The notes beneath the pieces are model-generated. The model ran no database searches and was not told the origin of the DNA. It saw only the letters and a program-made list of their open reading frames with translations. From positions 1 to 64,000 of the IMG/VR virus record IMGVR_UViG_3300024999_000073: a DNA stretch of 64,000 nt; one strand, 5' to 3'. This document shows, piece by piece, positions 19,874-29,950 of this stretch; positions within the stretch are counted from its first letter, which is position 1; each line of letters starts with the position of its first letter. Made by a program: the position numbers and the translations under genes. Source of the stretch: a virus.

Positions 19874-21021
19874 TGACTGCTTCAATAGCCGCCAGATATA
19901 ACTTTGTTCTCAAAGACCAGGCGGGCGCATCGCTTGCTTTGTTCGATAACTTTAGCAGCCTCAATTTCGTGCGCGCAGTCGATGACATCGGGCAATTCCA
20001 GATCGCATTTGCAGACAATAGCGACAGCAGATTTGACCTTTTTGCCAAAGATTGCCTGAGCGAGATATGGAGAACAGTCCCAGGAGTAGGTCTTGATTGG
20101 TATTGTGAGTTTCGGGGATTTGTAAGACGTATTCGCAGGGAAACCGAAGAAACAGGGCACAAAATATTCCAGGTATCTGGATATGATTACAATCATCTTC
20201 TCCAAAGGAGACAAATAGCCTATCGCCAGGGAACGACAAGAGCAGAGAAGGACAACTATATCGAAGACATCATGAAACAATACGTCGACGAGAATTGTGG
20301 CCCTGGTGCTAACCACGCATCAAGGATCCGCAATGGCGTCTTTACCAATTTCTCAATAGAAGCAATCAGCGCCTTACATACACAGACTGCCAACTGGAAG
20401 GGCGACAGATCATTTCAACAGGTATTGTCAATTCTACAAGAGCTATCAAAGTTCAGCTTAACAACTGTACCAGCTTCCAGGTCTATGGATTTTGGAGTCG
20501 AAGATAACGGCGCAGGCGCTTTCATCTTCAGGACATATATAGACCAGATGGGCGACGATAGGACAGCAGACTCGCTCACTGCAACTCCAGCAATCTTCTC
20601 CGTAGAACTCGGCAACCTTGCCAATATCGAACATGACCAGGATGGCTCCAAAGAGGCCAATGCAATGATCGTATTAGGCAAAGGGGAAAGGTCAACACGT
20701 AAGGTAATCTGCCGGGAAGACGCAACCGCGGGTGCATTATCGCCGTGGAACGATATAGAGACCATTGTCTCGGCCTCGTTGAACGAGTTTGAATATCAGT
20801 TGAATAACGCAGGAGATGCCGCCCTGCAGGAGCATGGCGCAATTGACTTATTTGCCGGAAAACCATTGCAGACTCCATCGACTCTATATGGATTACATTA
20901 CTTCCTCGGAGACATCATCACTATCCAACACGCAGGGATAGTTAGAGACAAGAAAATCAACAAGGTTTCTATATCGCTGGATGAAAAGGGTGATAAGATA
21001 GACATAGATTTCGAGGATTAG
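19873..21021 (+). CDS. ReqiPepy6 Gp37-like tail hub protein
   Basis: FSVELGNL, NAMIVLGKGE and YGLHYFLGDIITI motifs. Confidence 0.8.
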   Translation: MTASIAARYNFVLKDQAGASLALFDNFSSLNFVRAVDDIGQFQIAFADNSDSRFDLFAKDCLSEIWRTVPGVGLDWYCEFRGFVRRIRRETEETGHKIFQVSGYDYNHLLQRRQIAYRQGTTRAEKDNYIEDIMKQYVDENCGPGANHASRIRNGVFTNFSIEAISALHTQTANWKGDRSFQQVLSILQELSKFSLTTVPASRSMDFGVEDNGAGAFIFRTYIDQMGDDRTADSLTATPAIFSVELGNLANIEHDQDGSKEANAMIVLGKGERSTRKVICREDATAGALSPWNDIETIVSASLNEFEYQLNNAGDAALQEHGAIDLFAGKPLQTPSTLYGLHYFLGDIITIQHAGIVRDKKINKVSISLDEKGDKIDIDFED

Positions 21022-21031
21022 CAGGCAGATT

Positions 21032-22750
21032 ATGACACCAATTAGCAGCGATATTATCGAAGAAGTTGCGCGAGCAATATCTCATCTTTCTGATCGGATC
21101 CGCAATCTGGAATCTCAACAGACGCTCACCCCGGTAAGATATACCGTTTGGGGAGAAGGCTGGCTCACGACTAACACAGCCATTGGTGTAACAACTGTAA
21201 CACTTTCAACACTTCCTCAAGGAATGGAGGCGCGCACCTTTTATATTATGATCGATGTCGGAACAAACGATTGTGAAGTCAGGAAAGTAGAAACCATATC
21301 TGATACTACAGTAACATTCGAGGCTACATTACAATATACTCACCTGGAAGGGGACCCTGTTAAATTCATCGATGCCGCCTGGCTAAATGTAAAAGATTTC
21401 GGCGCGGTCGGGAACTCCGCCGTAAATGATGCTACGCCATTCCAGCGCGCTCTAAATCAAGTCCAGTACATCGCCACCACGTCGAACAATAACACCGCCG
21501 TAGTCTACATACCATCCGGCTTCTACAAAATAACAACAGAACTGGCTGTCTACAACAATACCTCCATTATAGGCGACGGTTATGGAGTGCCAATCATCAA
21601 GAACCAGGCCGCCAGTGGGTCATACTTATTCAACTTCGGGACGGCAGCAGGCACTAGAATTAATATTACCATCAGAAATTGCGCTCTACAGGGAAATGGC
21701 AATGGCAGTGGAACATACGGCATAAAAATGCGGAATAGCAGCGCCATCAATATTCGGGACTGCGTCTTCTCGGCATTCGACGGATATGCAATTAATGCAA
21801 GTTTCGCAGGAAATTCAAAAGCGCTGGTGCGTTGTTGCGAGTTCACAGGTATCTTTGGGGCATACGTTATCTACACTTTTATTGACAGGTTCACCTTTAT
21901 TGATAATCATATTATCTCCAACAGCAGTACCAGTAGTGCAATGCGCGTCTTAGGAGGCTACCACGTCACTATAGCCAATAATCACTTCGACACCAATAGC
22001 AATGCAAATTACGATTTGTATATCGTTGACGCCTATTATGTATCGATAACAGGCAATGTGTTTGACTCTGCCATAAGCTACGCAGTTCATATTGACGGAT
22101 GCGTTGGAGTTTCACTCGCTGGAAACACGTCAGTTAACCATACCGATTATGCCTATAGGATAATAACGACAACGGATGTAGTAATGGGAGGCAATTCTAT
22201 CGCGGAGCCGCAGAAAATTATTAGAACTGCGACTCCGAATAACGGTTTTATCAATTCTAATCGATGGGACAAATTCTTTAGTCCAGATGAATTTGGCAAC
22301 GTAAGTGGCATCCCGATGCTTGTACAATGGCTAGATGGAGGCTATGCGTGGTTGATGCCTCCCCTCGTAGATAGCTGGGTAGAGTTGTCTTATGCAATTC
22401 CATTTCGATTCGGGGATTATATACCCTGGAATTGGTGGATTTATTTTGCAATGGGTACTGGCGTGGGCGGGAACGTCAGACTAGTGCTCACGTCCAAGTT
22501 TTATCAAGATGGAGACAACATAGCATTTGGCGGCGATGTAATTCGTTATGATACCGTCCCTATATGGCCGGCTACACAGCTAAAAACTTTTCGTATGCAA
22601 ATGACACAATACAGCAATACAACCAATGGAGGGGCGGCGCAAGAATTGCATAGACTCAGGTTTGGGCGTCTTGGGAGTGATCCTTTAGACACATGCAATG
22701 CCAATGATTTATATTTCCTGGGTATAAATATGACCAACCCTAACTCGTAA
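21032..22750 (+). CDS. Tailspike/depolymerase, right-handed beta-helix (Pectate_lyase_3-like)
   Basis: LNVKDFGAVGN..NDATPFQRAL..VYIPSGFY; Asn-rich beta-helix. Confidence 0.85.
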   Translation: MTPISSDIIEEVARAISHLSDRIRNLESQQTLTPVRYTVWGEGWLTTNTAIGVTTVTLSTLPQGMEARTFYIMIDVGTNDCEVRKVETISDTTVTFEATLQYTHLEGDPVKFIDAAWLNVKDFGAVGNSAVNDATPFQRALNQVQYIATTSNNNTAVVYIPSGFYKITTELAVYNNTSIIGDGYGVPIIKNQAASGSYLFNFGTAAGTRINITIRNCALQGNGNGSGTYGIKMRNSSAINIRDCVFSAFDGYAINASFAGNSKALVRCCEFTGIFGAYVIYTFIDRFTFIDNHIISNSSTSSAMRVLGGYHVTIANNHFDTNSNANYDLYIVDAYYVSITGNVFDSAISYAVHIDGCVGVSLAGNTSVNHTDYAYRIITTTDVVMGGNSIAEPQKIIRTATPNNGFINSNRWDKFFSPDEFGNVSGIPMLVQWLDGGYAWLMPPLVDSWVELSYAIPFRFGDYIPWNWWIYFAMGTGVGGNVRLVLTSKFYQDGDNIAFGGDVIRYDTVPIWPATQLKTFRMQMTQYSNTTNGGAAQELHRLRFGRLGSDPLDTCNANDLYFLGINMTNPNS

Positions 22751-22802
22751 ATATTCACGGAATTGGAGTATAATAACCTTACAAGAGTGAAAGGAGATCA
22801 AA

Positions 22803-23117
22803 ATGAACGAAATTGTGACTACAATAACTGCGATTACGGGGGCTGTATTGACAGTGTTGGCGTTCTTCGTACCAAAGTACGTCGACGCAGAGCCACGCGT
22901 CAAGGCGCTGGTTATGATCGGCGCCAATCTTCTGGTGTCCGCGGTGATCTTTGTCGCCGGTTGTTATGGGTTCTCCAAAGCTCTGGAATTGCCGGAAGTG
23001 GTCTGTTCTACCGAGGGCGCGCTGACACTGGTACGCATTTTCCTGACCATGATCGCTGCAAACCAGGTCACGTACGTGGCGACTCGAAAAGTCCTCGAAA
23101 AAAACAAAGTAACCTGA
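22803..23117 (+). CDS. Holin-like membrane protein
   Basis: 104 aa; about 3 hydrophobic segments; basic C-terminus; RBS AAGGAG. Confidence 0.6.
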   Translation: MNEIVTTITAITGAVLTVLAFFVPKYVDAEPRVKALVMIGANLLVSAVIFVAGCYGFSKALELPEVVCSTEGALTLVRIFLTMIAANQVTYVATRKVLEKNKVT

Positions 23118-23145
23118 TCTCATAACTAAATAGCTGGAGGGATGC

Positions 23146-23475
23146 ATGACGCCTACACAACCACCCTCAGATGGCAACGCCGTCGACAATCCTGGTGATG
23201 GCAATGTAACCATTGCTGTGGTAAAGAATGATCTATCACATCTGATAAGGATAGTCGAAGGATTCATTGCTGAACAGAAGTCCATCAATAAGAACCTAAA
23301 TGACTCCGCTCTAGATCATACAATAAAGATCGAAAGAATCAAGACCAGAGTTTCATTGGTGATCGGCGTAAGCGGATTCTTGTTTGCAGGCATCACCACG
23401 ATTTTGTTAGGTTTCTTCTGGCAACTCCTCACAAATCAAATTGCAATAGGAGCATCTCCGTCTCTAATTCCGTGA
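23146..23475 (+). CDS. Coiled-coil plus C-terminal TM protein (holin/XhlA-like)
   Basis: 109 aa; single C-terminal TM segment; RBS GGAGG. Confidence 0.5.
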   Translation: MTPTQPPSDGNAVDNPGDGNVTIAVVKNDLSHLIRIVEGFIAEQKSINKNLNDSALDHTIKIERIKTRVSLVIGVSGFLFAGITTILLGFFWQLLTNQIAIGASPSLIP

Positions 23476-23508
23476 ACATTCGCAGCATTCATACACTTCT
23501 CCTCGAAA

Positions 23509-23541
23509 AGAACCGCGGCCCCCACCCCTGGCCGCGGTTCT
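23509..23541. terminator. Hairpin between convergent operons
   Basis: AGAACCGCGGCC-N9-GGCCGCGGTTCT. Confidence 0.7.
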
Positions 23542-23562
23542 GATTCCTGCTGAAATATATCT

Positions 23563-23820
23563 TTATGGGGACGGGGCAGGGTAAGGAGTAGGATTGTGAT
23601 TATATTCGGGCACGCTGATGAGCGGATCGCTTTCGGTTGGATACAAGAACGAGCATATAGCGGCGTTCTGTTCGGTCTTATGAGCGCAGAACAAAACGCC
23701 GAACTGATTCGCTCTTGAAGTTGTGGGGACTGTAGAGGCTGTATTCATAGCGTTGCTACAGGCAAGCCCAGCAATCAAGAGGATGAACAAAGCGCGGACA
23801 AAGTAGTGATCGAATTTCAT
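23563..23820 (-). CDS. Putative small lipoprotein
   Basis: Hydrophobic signal ending in GLAC (lipobox-like). Confidence 0.45.
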   Translation of the reverse strand: MKFDHYFVRALFILLIAGLACSNAMNTASTVPTTSRANQFGVLFCAHKTEQNAAICSFLYPTESDPLISVPEYNHNPTPYPAPSP

Positions 23821-23864
23821 TGTGTATATTCCTTTCTAAGGACAGATTATCTACTTCCTCTCGA

Positions 23865-24497
23865 CTACTTCTGGCGGAACACACGTTTGACGTTCTTATA
23901 AGGCTTTCCACTCGCGCCAACTTCTTCTTTCCACTCGACCATGATGCCAGCCACGGAAGGCCCTTCGATAAGCAGTGGGGATTTCAGCATAGCCTCAGTC
24001 ACACCGAGGTCTGCATCAAAGAGCTTGACCACTATATCAGCCCCACGATGGTCTTTCAAAGGCCATTTGAAAGGGCCAATATAGAACTCAACGATGCCAT
24101 CGGGCTGAACTATCAGCTTCTTGAGAGGCATCGTACCGGCATCGCTGGCGTGAGAAGTCGCCTGCGGCTCATGGGGAGCTTCGCCTTCCGGGGCCGGGGG
24201 TTGAGTCGCAGCGAACGCGCTCGGTTCTCTCGGTGCGGCCGGGGGAGGCGTCTGCAATGCTGTGGTTGAGGGCTTGCCTTCGGACTTGACTGCAGTCATC
24301 TTGTATCGCTCGAAGGCGTACATGATCGTGCTTACCAGGGTATCAATGGCAGACTTAGGATTACTGCCCTGGATGCTGAATTTCACCCAAGCGCCGTTAG
24401 GTGAGAATAGGACGGTACTAAGCCAGGTAATCTCAGGCGTAGCGGGCGCTGTCTGCGACTCTTCTTCGCTGGGATTATCAGGGGGAATTCCAAACAT
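23865..24497 (-). CDS. Hypothetical protein with Pro/Ala linker
   Basis: 210 aa; RBS AAGGAG. Confidence 0.65.
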   Translation of the reverse strand: MFGIPPDNPSEEESQTAPATPEITWLSTVLFSPNGAWVKFSIQGSNPKSAIDTLVSTIMYAFERYKMTAVKSEGKPSTTALQTPPPAAPREPSAFAATQPPAPEGEAPHEPQATSHASDAGTMPLKKLIVQPDGIVEFYIGPFKWPLKDHRGADIVVKLFDADLGVTEAMLKSPLLIEGPSVAGIMVEWKEEVGASGKPYKNVKRVFRQK

Positions 24498-24500
24498 GTT

Positions 24501-24677
24501 TTATTCTCCTTTCGAGGGATCAATGAGGCGCTTTTCGAGCGACTCCATATAAGAATACAGAGCCAGGCGGATCATGGCAGAAACGTTTAGGTTCAATTTC
24601 TGTGAAAGTTCACGCAATTTTAACACCTGCTCTTTGGTGATCGTGATCGAGATACGTTCATATACATTTTTATCCAT
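24501..24677 (-). CDS. Ribbon-helix-helix regulator (58 aa, not in ORF track)
   Basis: MDKNVYERISITITKEQVLKLRELSQKLNLNVSAMIRLAL...; RBS AGGAG. Confidence 0.75.
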   Translation of the reverse strand: MDKNVYERISITITKEQVLKLRELSQKLNLNVSAMIRLALYSYMESLEKRLIDPSKGE

Positions 24678-24851
24678 AGATTTTCTCCTGGCCCGATTAT
24701 ATCATTTAGTATGAGTGGATAAGAAGCAATTTTAGGGGCTAGTTGTTATCTTGTGAACATTCGCATAATTGGAAACTGGCCCTTGCCCGGTTAAAAACTG
24801 CCCCTAAATCTGTGTTAGAATTGAACATGAGTTCAGAGAGAGAAAATCCCT

Positions 24852-25766
24852 ATGCTTCATAGTTATCCTTCAGTATATGCAATCGGCCATAAAGCAATCG
24901 AGGAAATATTTCTCGGTCCCGTATTAATCGAGGAGAAGATCGACGGGAGTCAATTTTCCTGGGGAATTATTGATGATGAATTGCAATGCCGTAGTAAGGG
25001 CAAGCAGTTTATTCTTGACGCGCCAGAGAAGATGTTCCAGCGTGCGGTTGACTTTGTACAGGAAATCGCACCAATGTTAAAACCTGATTGGGTTTACCGT
25101 GCCGAGTATCTACAGAAACCCCACCATAATACACTTGTCTATGATCGGGTCCCTGCACATAACCTGATTATCTATGACATCAACACTGGCCTGGAAGATT
25201 ACATGCCCTGGGAGAAGAAACGCGATGAAGCTGCGCGGCTGGGTCTAGAATGTGTGCCGTTTTTCTATCATGGCATAGTTCAGAACTTCGATATGTTCAA
25301 AGATTTTCTTGACCATGTTTCTTGCTTGGGTGGTACAAAGGTGGAAGGCATTGTAGTAAAAAATTATGCGCTTTTCACCGCCGAGAAGAAAGTCGCGATG
25401 GGGAAATACGTCTCCGAGTCTTTCAAAGAAATCCATACCGGGGAATGGCGCAAGGCCAACCCAACAAGCGGCGACATTGTAGATACGCTGATCGTAGCCT
25501 ATCGGACGCCTGCTCGTTGGCAAAAGGCCGTTCAACACTTGCGCGACGCTGGAAATCTGGAATGGTCTACACGCGATATTGGCAATCTTATCAAAGCCGT
25601 ACCAGAGGATGTTCTCAAAGAATGTGAGGATGAAATCAAACAGAGACTTTTTTCTCATTTCTGGCCTAAAATTAGACGCGGCATCACCGCAGGCCTGGCA
25701 AACTGGTATAAAGACGAATTGGCAAAATCTGCATTTGAATCTCACGATGAAAGTCCGAAACCGTGA
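24852..25766 (+). CDS. ATP-dependent RNA ligase (Rnl2-like)
   Basis: Motif I EEKIDGSQ; IYDI; VEGIVVK; KYVSESFKE. Confidence 0.8.
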   Translation: MLHSYPSVYAIGHKAIEEIFLGPVLIEEKIDGSQFSWGIIDDELQCRSKGKQFILDAPEKMFQRAVDFVQEIAPMLKPDWVYRAEYLQKPHHNTLVYDRVPAHNLIIYDINTGLEDYMPWEKKRDEAARLGLECVPFFYHGIVQNFDMFKDFLDHVSCLGGTKVEGIVVKNYALFTAEKKVAMGKYVSESFKEIHTGEWRKANPTSGDIVDTLIVAYRTPARWQKAVQHLRDAGNLEWSTRDIGNLIKAVPEDVLKECEDEIKQRLFSHFWPKIRRGITAGLANWYKDELAKSAFESHDESPKP

Positions 25767-25778
25767 TATACTACCTCT

Positions 25779-25894
25779 GGTTGCCGCCCACAAAGAAAAC
25801 AATACCATTACTGTAGGAATCAGCCTCGTCGGATGGTGTTGTTTTTCCTGGGTGGCAATCTAGGAACATTAACTTCTACCGATGAGGCTTTTCC
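25779..25894 (+). ncRNA. Structured leader / C4-like antisense regulatory RNA upstream of initiator
   Basis: 25779-90 pairs with 25849-60; 25795-808 with 25833-46; 25822-32 with 25879-89; TGaTATACT promoter at 25764-72. Confidence 0.5.
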
Positions 25895-25919
25895 ATTTCT
25901 GGAAGAAAGGTATATCACC

Positions 25920-27053
25920 ATGAAAGGCTACCCTATGAATAGCAACGCGGTCGTAGAAGCGTTCGGAAGAAGGTCAATCACAGGCAATGTGATTCCTATA
26001 GAGTGGTTCAAACATCTAAAGATGGATAGTGGTAAGCCGGATGTCAACGGCATGATGATCTTAGCGGACTTGGTTTACTGGTATAGACCCATCGAAGTCA
26101 GGGATGAAATCACGGGGGAAATATCCTGGCGCAAGAAATTTGCAGGGAAGATTCTACAACGAAATTATCCACAACTTCAAAAGTTTTTCGGGTTTACTCG
26201 CGATCAAATTTACTTTGCCTTACAGCGCCTCAGTAAATTGGGAGTGATAATGGTTTCTCTTGAGAACATTAAAGTCGACGGAAGATTTCTTGGAAACGTT
26301 ATGTATATCGAATTGAACCCCGAAAAGTTTGATGAAATCACTTATCCCCCCCCCTCTTCTAATGCACTAGAAGAGGGGTATGCTAGTGCATTAGAAGACC
26401 CTCTTCTACTCCAGTCGCATACATATACAGAGACTACTGTACAGAGACTCCAGGATACAGAGAATTCTATTAAAGAGCGCCCGCTTTTTCCAGAAAAAAC
26501 AGAACCAACAGCGGAAGAAATTCTAGGCGTAGAGGCTAAGCCGGTCCCGCCTCAACGACCTCCGCGTACAGCCGATGAAATCAAAGCTGAGGTTCGCGCA
26601 TCCGTTGAGAAATTTCAAGAGCGCAGTAACGGCAAGAGCGCATTAGAATGCCAGGTTCACGATTACAGCCAAACAATACCTGAGAACCTTCGCAACTTAT
26701 TCACCGCCTTCTGCCTGAAATTTGGGCGCTTGCCTCTCAAGAACGAAAAGATTTATTGGATCAATGAGCTGGGAAAGCAGAAGGCAATTGGGATCACACC
26801 ACAGTTGATCGAGGCTGCTTTCGAGCATTGTGATAAAGAGGGCATTTGCATAAAATCGCCAGCCAGTATCACCGCATTTGCAGAGAACATAAAACGTGTA
26901 AATGTTCACGCTGATACTCCTTACGCTGGTAAAACCGCCGATCAAGTCAAACGAGAGGCTATCATACATTATGGCGGGACATGGTCTGCGAGCCAACACA
27001 GGCTTATTCCTATTGCAGAATTAAAGGCCATGGGTAAGTGGAAAGATGACTGA
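25920..27053 (+). CDS. Phage replication initiator (wHTH N-terminus, DnaD-like C-terminus)
   Basis: GNVIPIEWF..ILADLVYWYRP family motif; YTETT; followed by DnaC-like gene. Confidence 0.8.
   Translation: MKGYPMNSNAVVEAFGRRSITGNVIPIEWFKHLKMDSGKPDVNGMMILADLVYWYRPIEVRDEITGEISWRKKFAGKILQRNYPQLQKFFGFTRDQIYFALQRLSKLGVIMVSLENIKVDGRFLGNVMYIELNPEKFDEITYPPPSSNALEEGYASALEDPLLLQSHTYTETTVQRLQDTENSIKERPLFPEKTEPTAEEILGVEAKPVPPQRPPRTADEIKAEVRASVEKFQERSNGKSALECQVHDYSQTIPENLRNLFTAFCLKFGRLPLKNEKIYWINELGKQKAIGITPQLIEAAFEHCDKEGICIKSPASITAFAENIKRVNVHADTPYAGKTADQVKREAIIHYGGTWSASQHRLIPIAELKAMGKWKDD
26346..26410. other. Candidate replication origin repeats inside initiator gene
   Basis: TCTTCTAATGCACTAG and inverted copy CTAGTGCATTAGAAGA; repeated CCCTCTTCTA. 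Confidence 0.5.
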
Positions 27054-27876
27054 AGAATTTATCTCTGAATTCATAGATTTCGACGAGCATGGCAGAGTAA
27101 GGGAGAAACCTGCACTCCGTCATAAGTTAGAGGGATTGTTGCCCGAAGAACTAGATGCTATAAAACGGCGGCGCATGGAAGTGAAATCGGGCCAATGCAA
27201 ACCCGAATGTAGTATTTGTAACGGTAGCGGCTATTACAGGTGTGACGTGCCCATTGAACATCCCGATTTCGGTAAACTGTTTATTTGCCCAAACGTAGAC
27301 AGGTGGAAACTACCGGGCGCGGTGCGTTATGGCATCACCGAAGAAGAAACCAGAAATCTAAGATGGGATGACCTGGATACATCTATAGTCGGAGTCGAGC
27401 AGGCAATCCATGACATACGAGCGGTAATGGATCGAGGCTTTGGATGGGTAATGCTAAGCGGAAGCTATGGATTAGGCAAGACCATGATGCTCAAGATAGC
27501 CATTGGTGCATCTATTAATGCTGGTAAAGACGCCGCTTACGTGCGCATGGCCGAAATCCTGGATAATTTGCGCGAAGGTTTTGATGAGCGCACGGGAGTA
27601 TCGGAAACAGCCCGACTTGACTGGTGGACTGACCTCAAAATCCTGGCGATAGACGAAATAGATCGCATTCGGGAAACCGAATATGGAACAGAAAGGCGGT
27701 TTGTGTTATTGGATCGCAGATACGAGCAGGCGTGTAGACAACAAAGCATCACCCTACTTGCCAGCAATATCGAGCCGGAAAAACTACCAGGATATTTATC
27801 GGATCGCATACTCGATGGTCGTTTTGCAGTTGTCAGATTTGCAGGAAAAAGCAAACGTTCGTCTATGGAGTGGTAG
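27046..27876 (+). CDS. DnaC/IstB-like helicase-loader ATPase
   Basis: CxxCxGxG zinc finger; Walker A GSYGLGKT; Walker B LAIDEI; LSDRI. Confidence 0.9.
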   Translation: MTEEFISEFIDFDEHGRVREKPALRHKLEGLLPEELDAIKRRRMEVKSGQCKPECSICNGSGYYRCDVPIEHPDFGKLFICPNVDRWKLPGAVRYGITEEETRNLRWDDLDTSIVGVEQAIHDIRAVMDRGFGWVMLSGSYGLGKTMMLKIAIGASINAGKDAAYVRMAEILDNLREGFDERTGVSETARLDWWTDLKILAIDEIDRIRETEYGTERRFVLLDRRYEQACRQQSITLLASNIEPEKLPGYLSDRILDGRFAVVRFAGKSKRSSMEW

Positions 27877-28091
27877 GTGTGCATTGCAGAAAAGCGCGCC
27901 GCTTATTTTTGTTATGGCACCTTGATAAAGGCCATAGAGCAGGCTATCTGGCGCACGTCAAAGCCTGTCCAGATTGCCAGGCAGAATTAAATCGCTTGAT
28001 GGAACAGGAACGAGCAAGATTGCCGCTAAATCCATATACATTGGAGCAAGAAGCGACGCTAGACGAAGAATTGAAAGGAAATGAGGTATGA
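27870..28091 (+). CDS. zf-HC2 (anti-sigma-type) zinc-finger protein
   Basis: C...HVKACPDC. Confidence 0.5.
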   Translation: MVGVHCRKARRLFLLWHLDKGHRAGYLAHVKACPDCQAELNRLMEQERARLPLNPYTLEQEATLDEELKGNEV

Positions 28092-28342
28092 GTCCAAGAA
28101 AAGAATATGAAACTGGTATTGAAGCACGCAAGAATATAGTTGCATACATTCGCAGATTTACAGCCGTAAATGGCTACTCTCCGAATTTGCGTGAAATCAT
28201 GGATGCATGTGATTTATGCAGCACATCTCTAGTCAGCCATCATCTTATAAGATTACGAGAAGCAGGCGTGATTTCGTATAAAGACAAATTAACAAGAACA
28301 CTACGCGTAATCGAACGAGAGGCAGAAATTGGACAAACCTGA
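28088..28342 (+). CDS. LexA N-terminal-type wHTH regulator lacking peptidase domain
   Basis: NGYSPNLREI...STSLVSHHL..L...G.I. Confidence 0.85.
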   Translation: MSPRKEYETGIEARKNIVAYIRRFTAVNGYSPNLREIMDACDLCSTSLVSHHLIRLREAGVISYKDKLTRTLRVIEREAEIGQT

Positions 28343-28556
28343 GACGAAAAACGTTGGTGCAGATGGTAGCATGAGAGGGCTATTGATGTTCATGCTATCG
28401 AGCTATTTAGAGTGGGCAACCGTGCTTATGCTTGCGGGAATATTTAAGTGGATCCAGGCTGAACCGCTGGCGATATTGTGCATAACCCTACTTGGTGGCA
28501 CAGTTCAGGTGATCGTGACATTCTACGTGATGATGAAAATGTTCGAGGTGAAATAG
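28329..28556 (+). CDS. Small membrane protein
   Basis: Two hydrophobic segments; in operon. Confidence 0.45.
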   Translation: MDKPETKNVGADGSMRGLLMFMLSSYLEWATVLMLAGIFKWIQAEPLAILCITLLGGTVQVIVTFYVMMKMFEVK

Positions 28557-28557
28557 C

Positions 28558-28887
28558 ATGAAGGCTGCTGCAGAAGTTCGAGAGCATATTTGGAATAAAT
28601 CGAGAGCCATCGAAACCGGTGTCGTTGAGCGCAGAATAACCTCACGTGGAGAGAAAGGCGCGATCATAGGCTGGCTGAACAAGACCTGTGGCGGCAGCGA
28701 TAACAGGCATTTGCTTCTAGGATTCCTGTTCTACGGTGACAACAACATGAGCACCTATGAGTTGACAGATGCGGAGTGGCAAGTCCTTTATGAGTGGTGT
28801 GGCTTCTTTGAAGAAGACAACACCTGGCATGTGGCGCAAACGTTTCTCGATAATGTCAAAACCGTGATGGAGGCTATGAGAACATAA
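28558..28887 (+). CDS. Hypothetical protein
   Basis: 109 aa; RBS GAGGTG. Confidence 0.55.
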   Translation: MKAAAEVREHIWNKSRAIETGVVERRITSRGEKGAIIGWLNKTCGGSDNRHLLLGFLFYGDNNMSTYELTDAEWQVLYEWCGFFEEDNTWHVAQTFLDNVKTVMEAMRT

Positions 28888-28904
28888 GAGGCAAGTAGGA
28901 TGTC

Positions 28905-29204
28905 TTGAATCGATATGCAGCTAAAGTTGACGCCAACCAGGCCGAGATCGTTGAAGCTGTCCGAAAGATTGGAGTCAGCGTTCTACTCTTGCATACTGTT
29001 GGTAAAGGATGTCCCGATAATCTCTGGGGCATAGACATAGACAGTGAATTTAGTGTGAATATTCTGGTGGAAATCAAAACCGAGAAAGGCAAGTTGACTC
29101 CTGACGAGGAGATATTCTTTGATACCTGGCGTGGGCAGGTATGCATTATCAGGAGCGTAGAAGAGGCAGTAGAATTAGTCAATCAGATCAGAAATAAGAG
29201 GTAA
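28905..29204 (+). CDS. VRR-NUC family (PD-(D/E)xK) nuclease/resolvase
   Basis: KVDANQAEIV; GCPD; VEIKTEKGKLTPDE. Confidence 0.85.
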   Translation: MNRYAAKVDANQAEIVEAVRKIGVSVLLLHTVGKGCPDNLWGIDIDSEFSVNILVEIKTEKGKLTPDEEIFFDTWRGQVCIIRSVEEAVELVNQIRNKR

Positions 29205-29208
29205 AGAG

Positions 29209-29448
29209 ATGGACAACAATAGTGAAAATAAAGTGGAAGTGAAAAACGAAATGTCAATAATAGTATCCAGAGGTTCTCCTTGTATGGAGATTTCCCTATC
29301 AAACCAAGGTAGCATGAAAAGCATTTGGATGCTCACAATGCGGAAATCAAGCTCATGGATTGTGTTAAATTGGGATCATTGGCCTATTCTAGTAGGTATG
29401 GTTGAGCAGGCCATTCAAGCACGTGACGATATATTAGCGGAAAAGTGA
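29209..29448 (+). CDS. Hypothetical protein
   Basis: 79 aa; RBS GAGGT. Confidence 0.5.
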   Translation: MDNNSENKVEVKNEMSIIVSRGSPCMEISLSNQGSMKSIWMLTMRKSSSWIVLNWDHWPILVGMVEQAIQARDDILAEK

Positions 29449-29529
29449 TGAAGAAGTATATCGAGAAGGTCAATAAATATATAAACGAGAACATCTATAC
29501 GCTCTCATTTTATGCGTTGTTAGTCGTGA

Positions 29530-29883
29530 TTGTGCTATGTACCCCTACAGGAGTTCGTGGTGGCTAAGTTCAAAATCCTACGGATTGATGAGACTTTCGA
29601 GGTCCCATCAGAGGTGGCGAAGTGCCCGATATGCGGGTCTAAGTTATTCGCGTCCTTTGAGGAATGGAATCATGGCGGCGACGGATTACTTATCGGAGTC
29701 GATGTCCATCTGGATTGCGAAGCCGAACCTGATGACATAAACTCACAAGAGTGGAAAAGCTGGTTTGCTGGTCACTATCAGACACCGTATGTATATTGGT
29801 TGCCAGTATGTATTGCAGTTGAAAAATGGACAACTGCAAACTTTCGTTTCTGCAACGAGAAAACAGATGCAGAAAACTGGTAG
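29530..29883 (+). CDS. Hypothetical CxxC protein (start probably GTG ~29557)
   Basis: CPICG; AGGAG just upstream of the internal GTG. Confidence 0.5.
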   Translation: MCYVPLQEFVVAKFKILRIDETFEVPSEVAKCPICGSKLFASFEEWNHGGDGLLIGVDVHLDCEAEPDDINSQEWKSWFAGHYQTPYVYWLPVCIAVEKWTTANFRFCNEKTDAENW

Positions 29884-29950
29884 CCTGGAAAGCATCGGTA
29901 GCGATAATGGCAGATGAAATCTGCGAACATTCGCAGGAATAGAGGCTGAA

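Noticed and set aside
22750-24500. Endolysin or integrase next to the holins
   Set aside because: No amidase, peptidase, glycosidase or recombinase motifs recognised; these genes may lie outside the window.
24725-24812. Further copies of motif A (TTTAGGGG here and near 35296)
   Set aside because: They lack CCGCGGGAAAA at the N20 spacing and have no motif B at the expected distance.
28088-28342. Calling this gene lexA or a cleavable CI repressor
   Set aside because: Only the DNA-binding domain is present; no S24 peptidase domain or Ala-Gly site.
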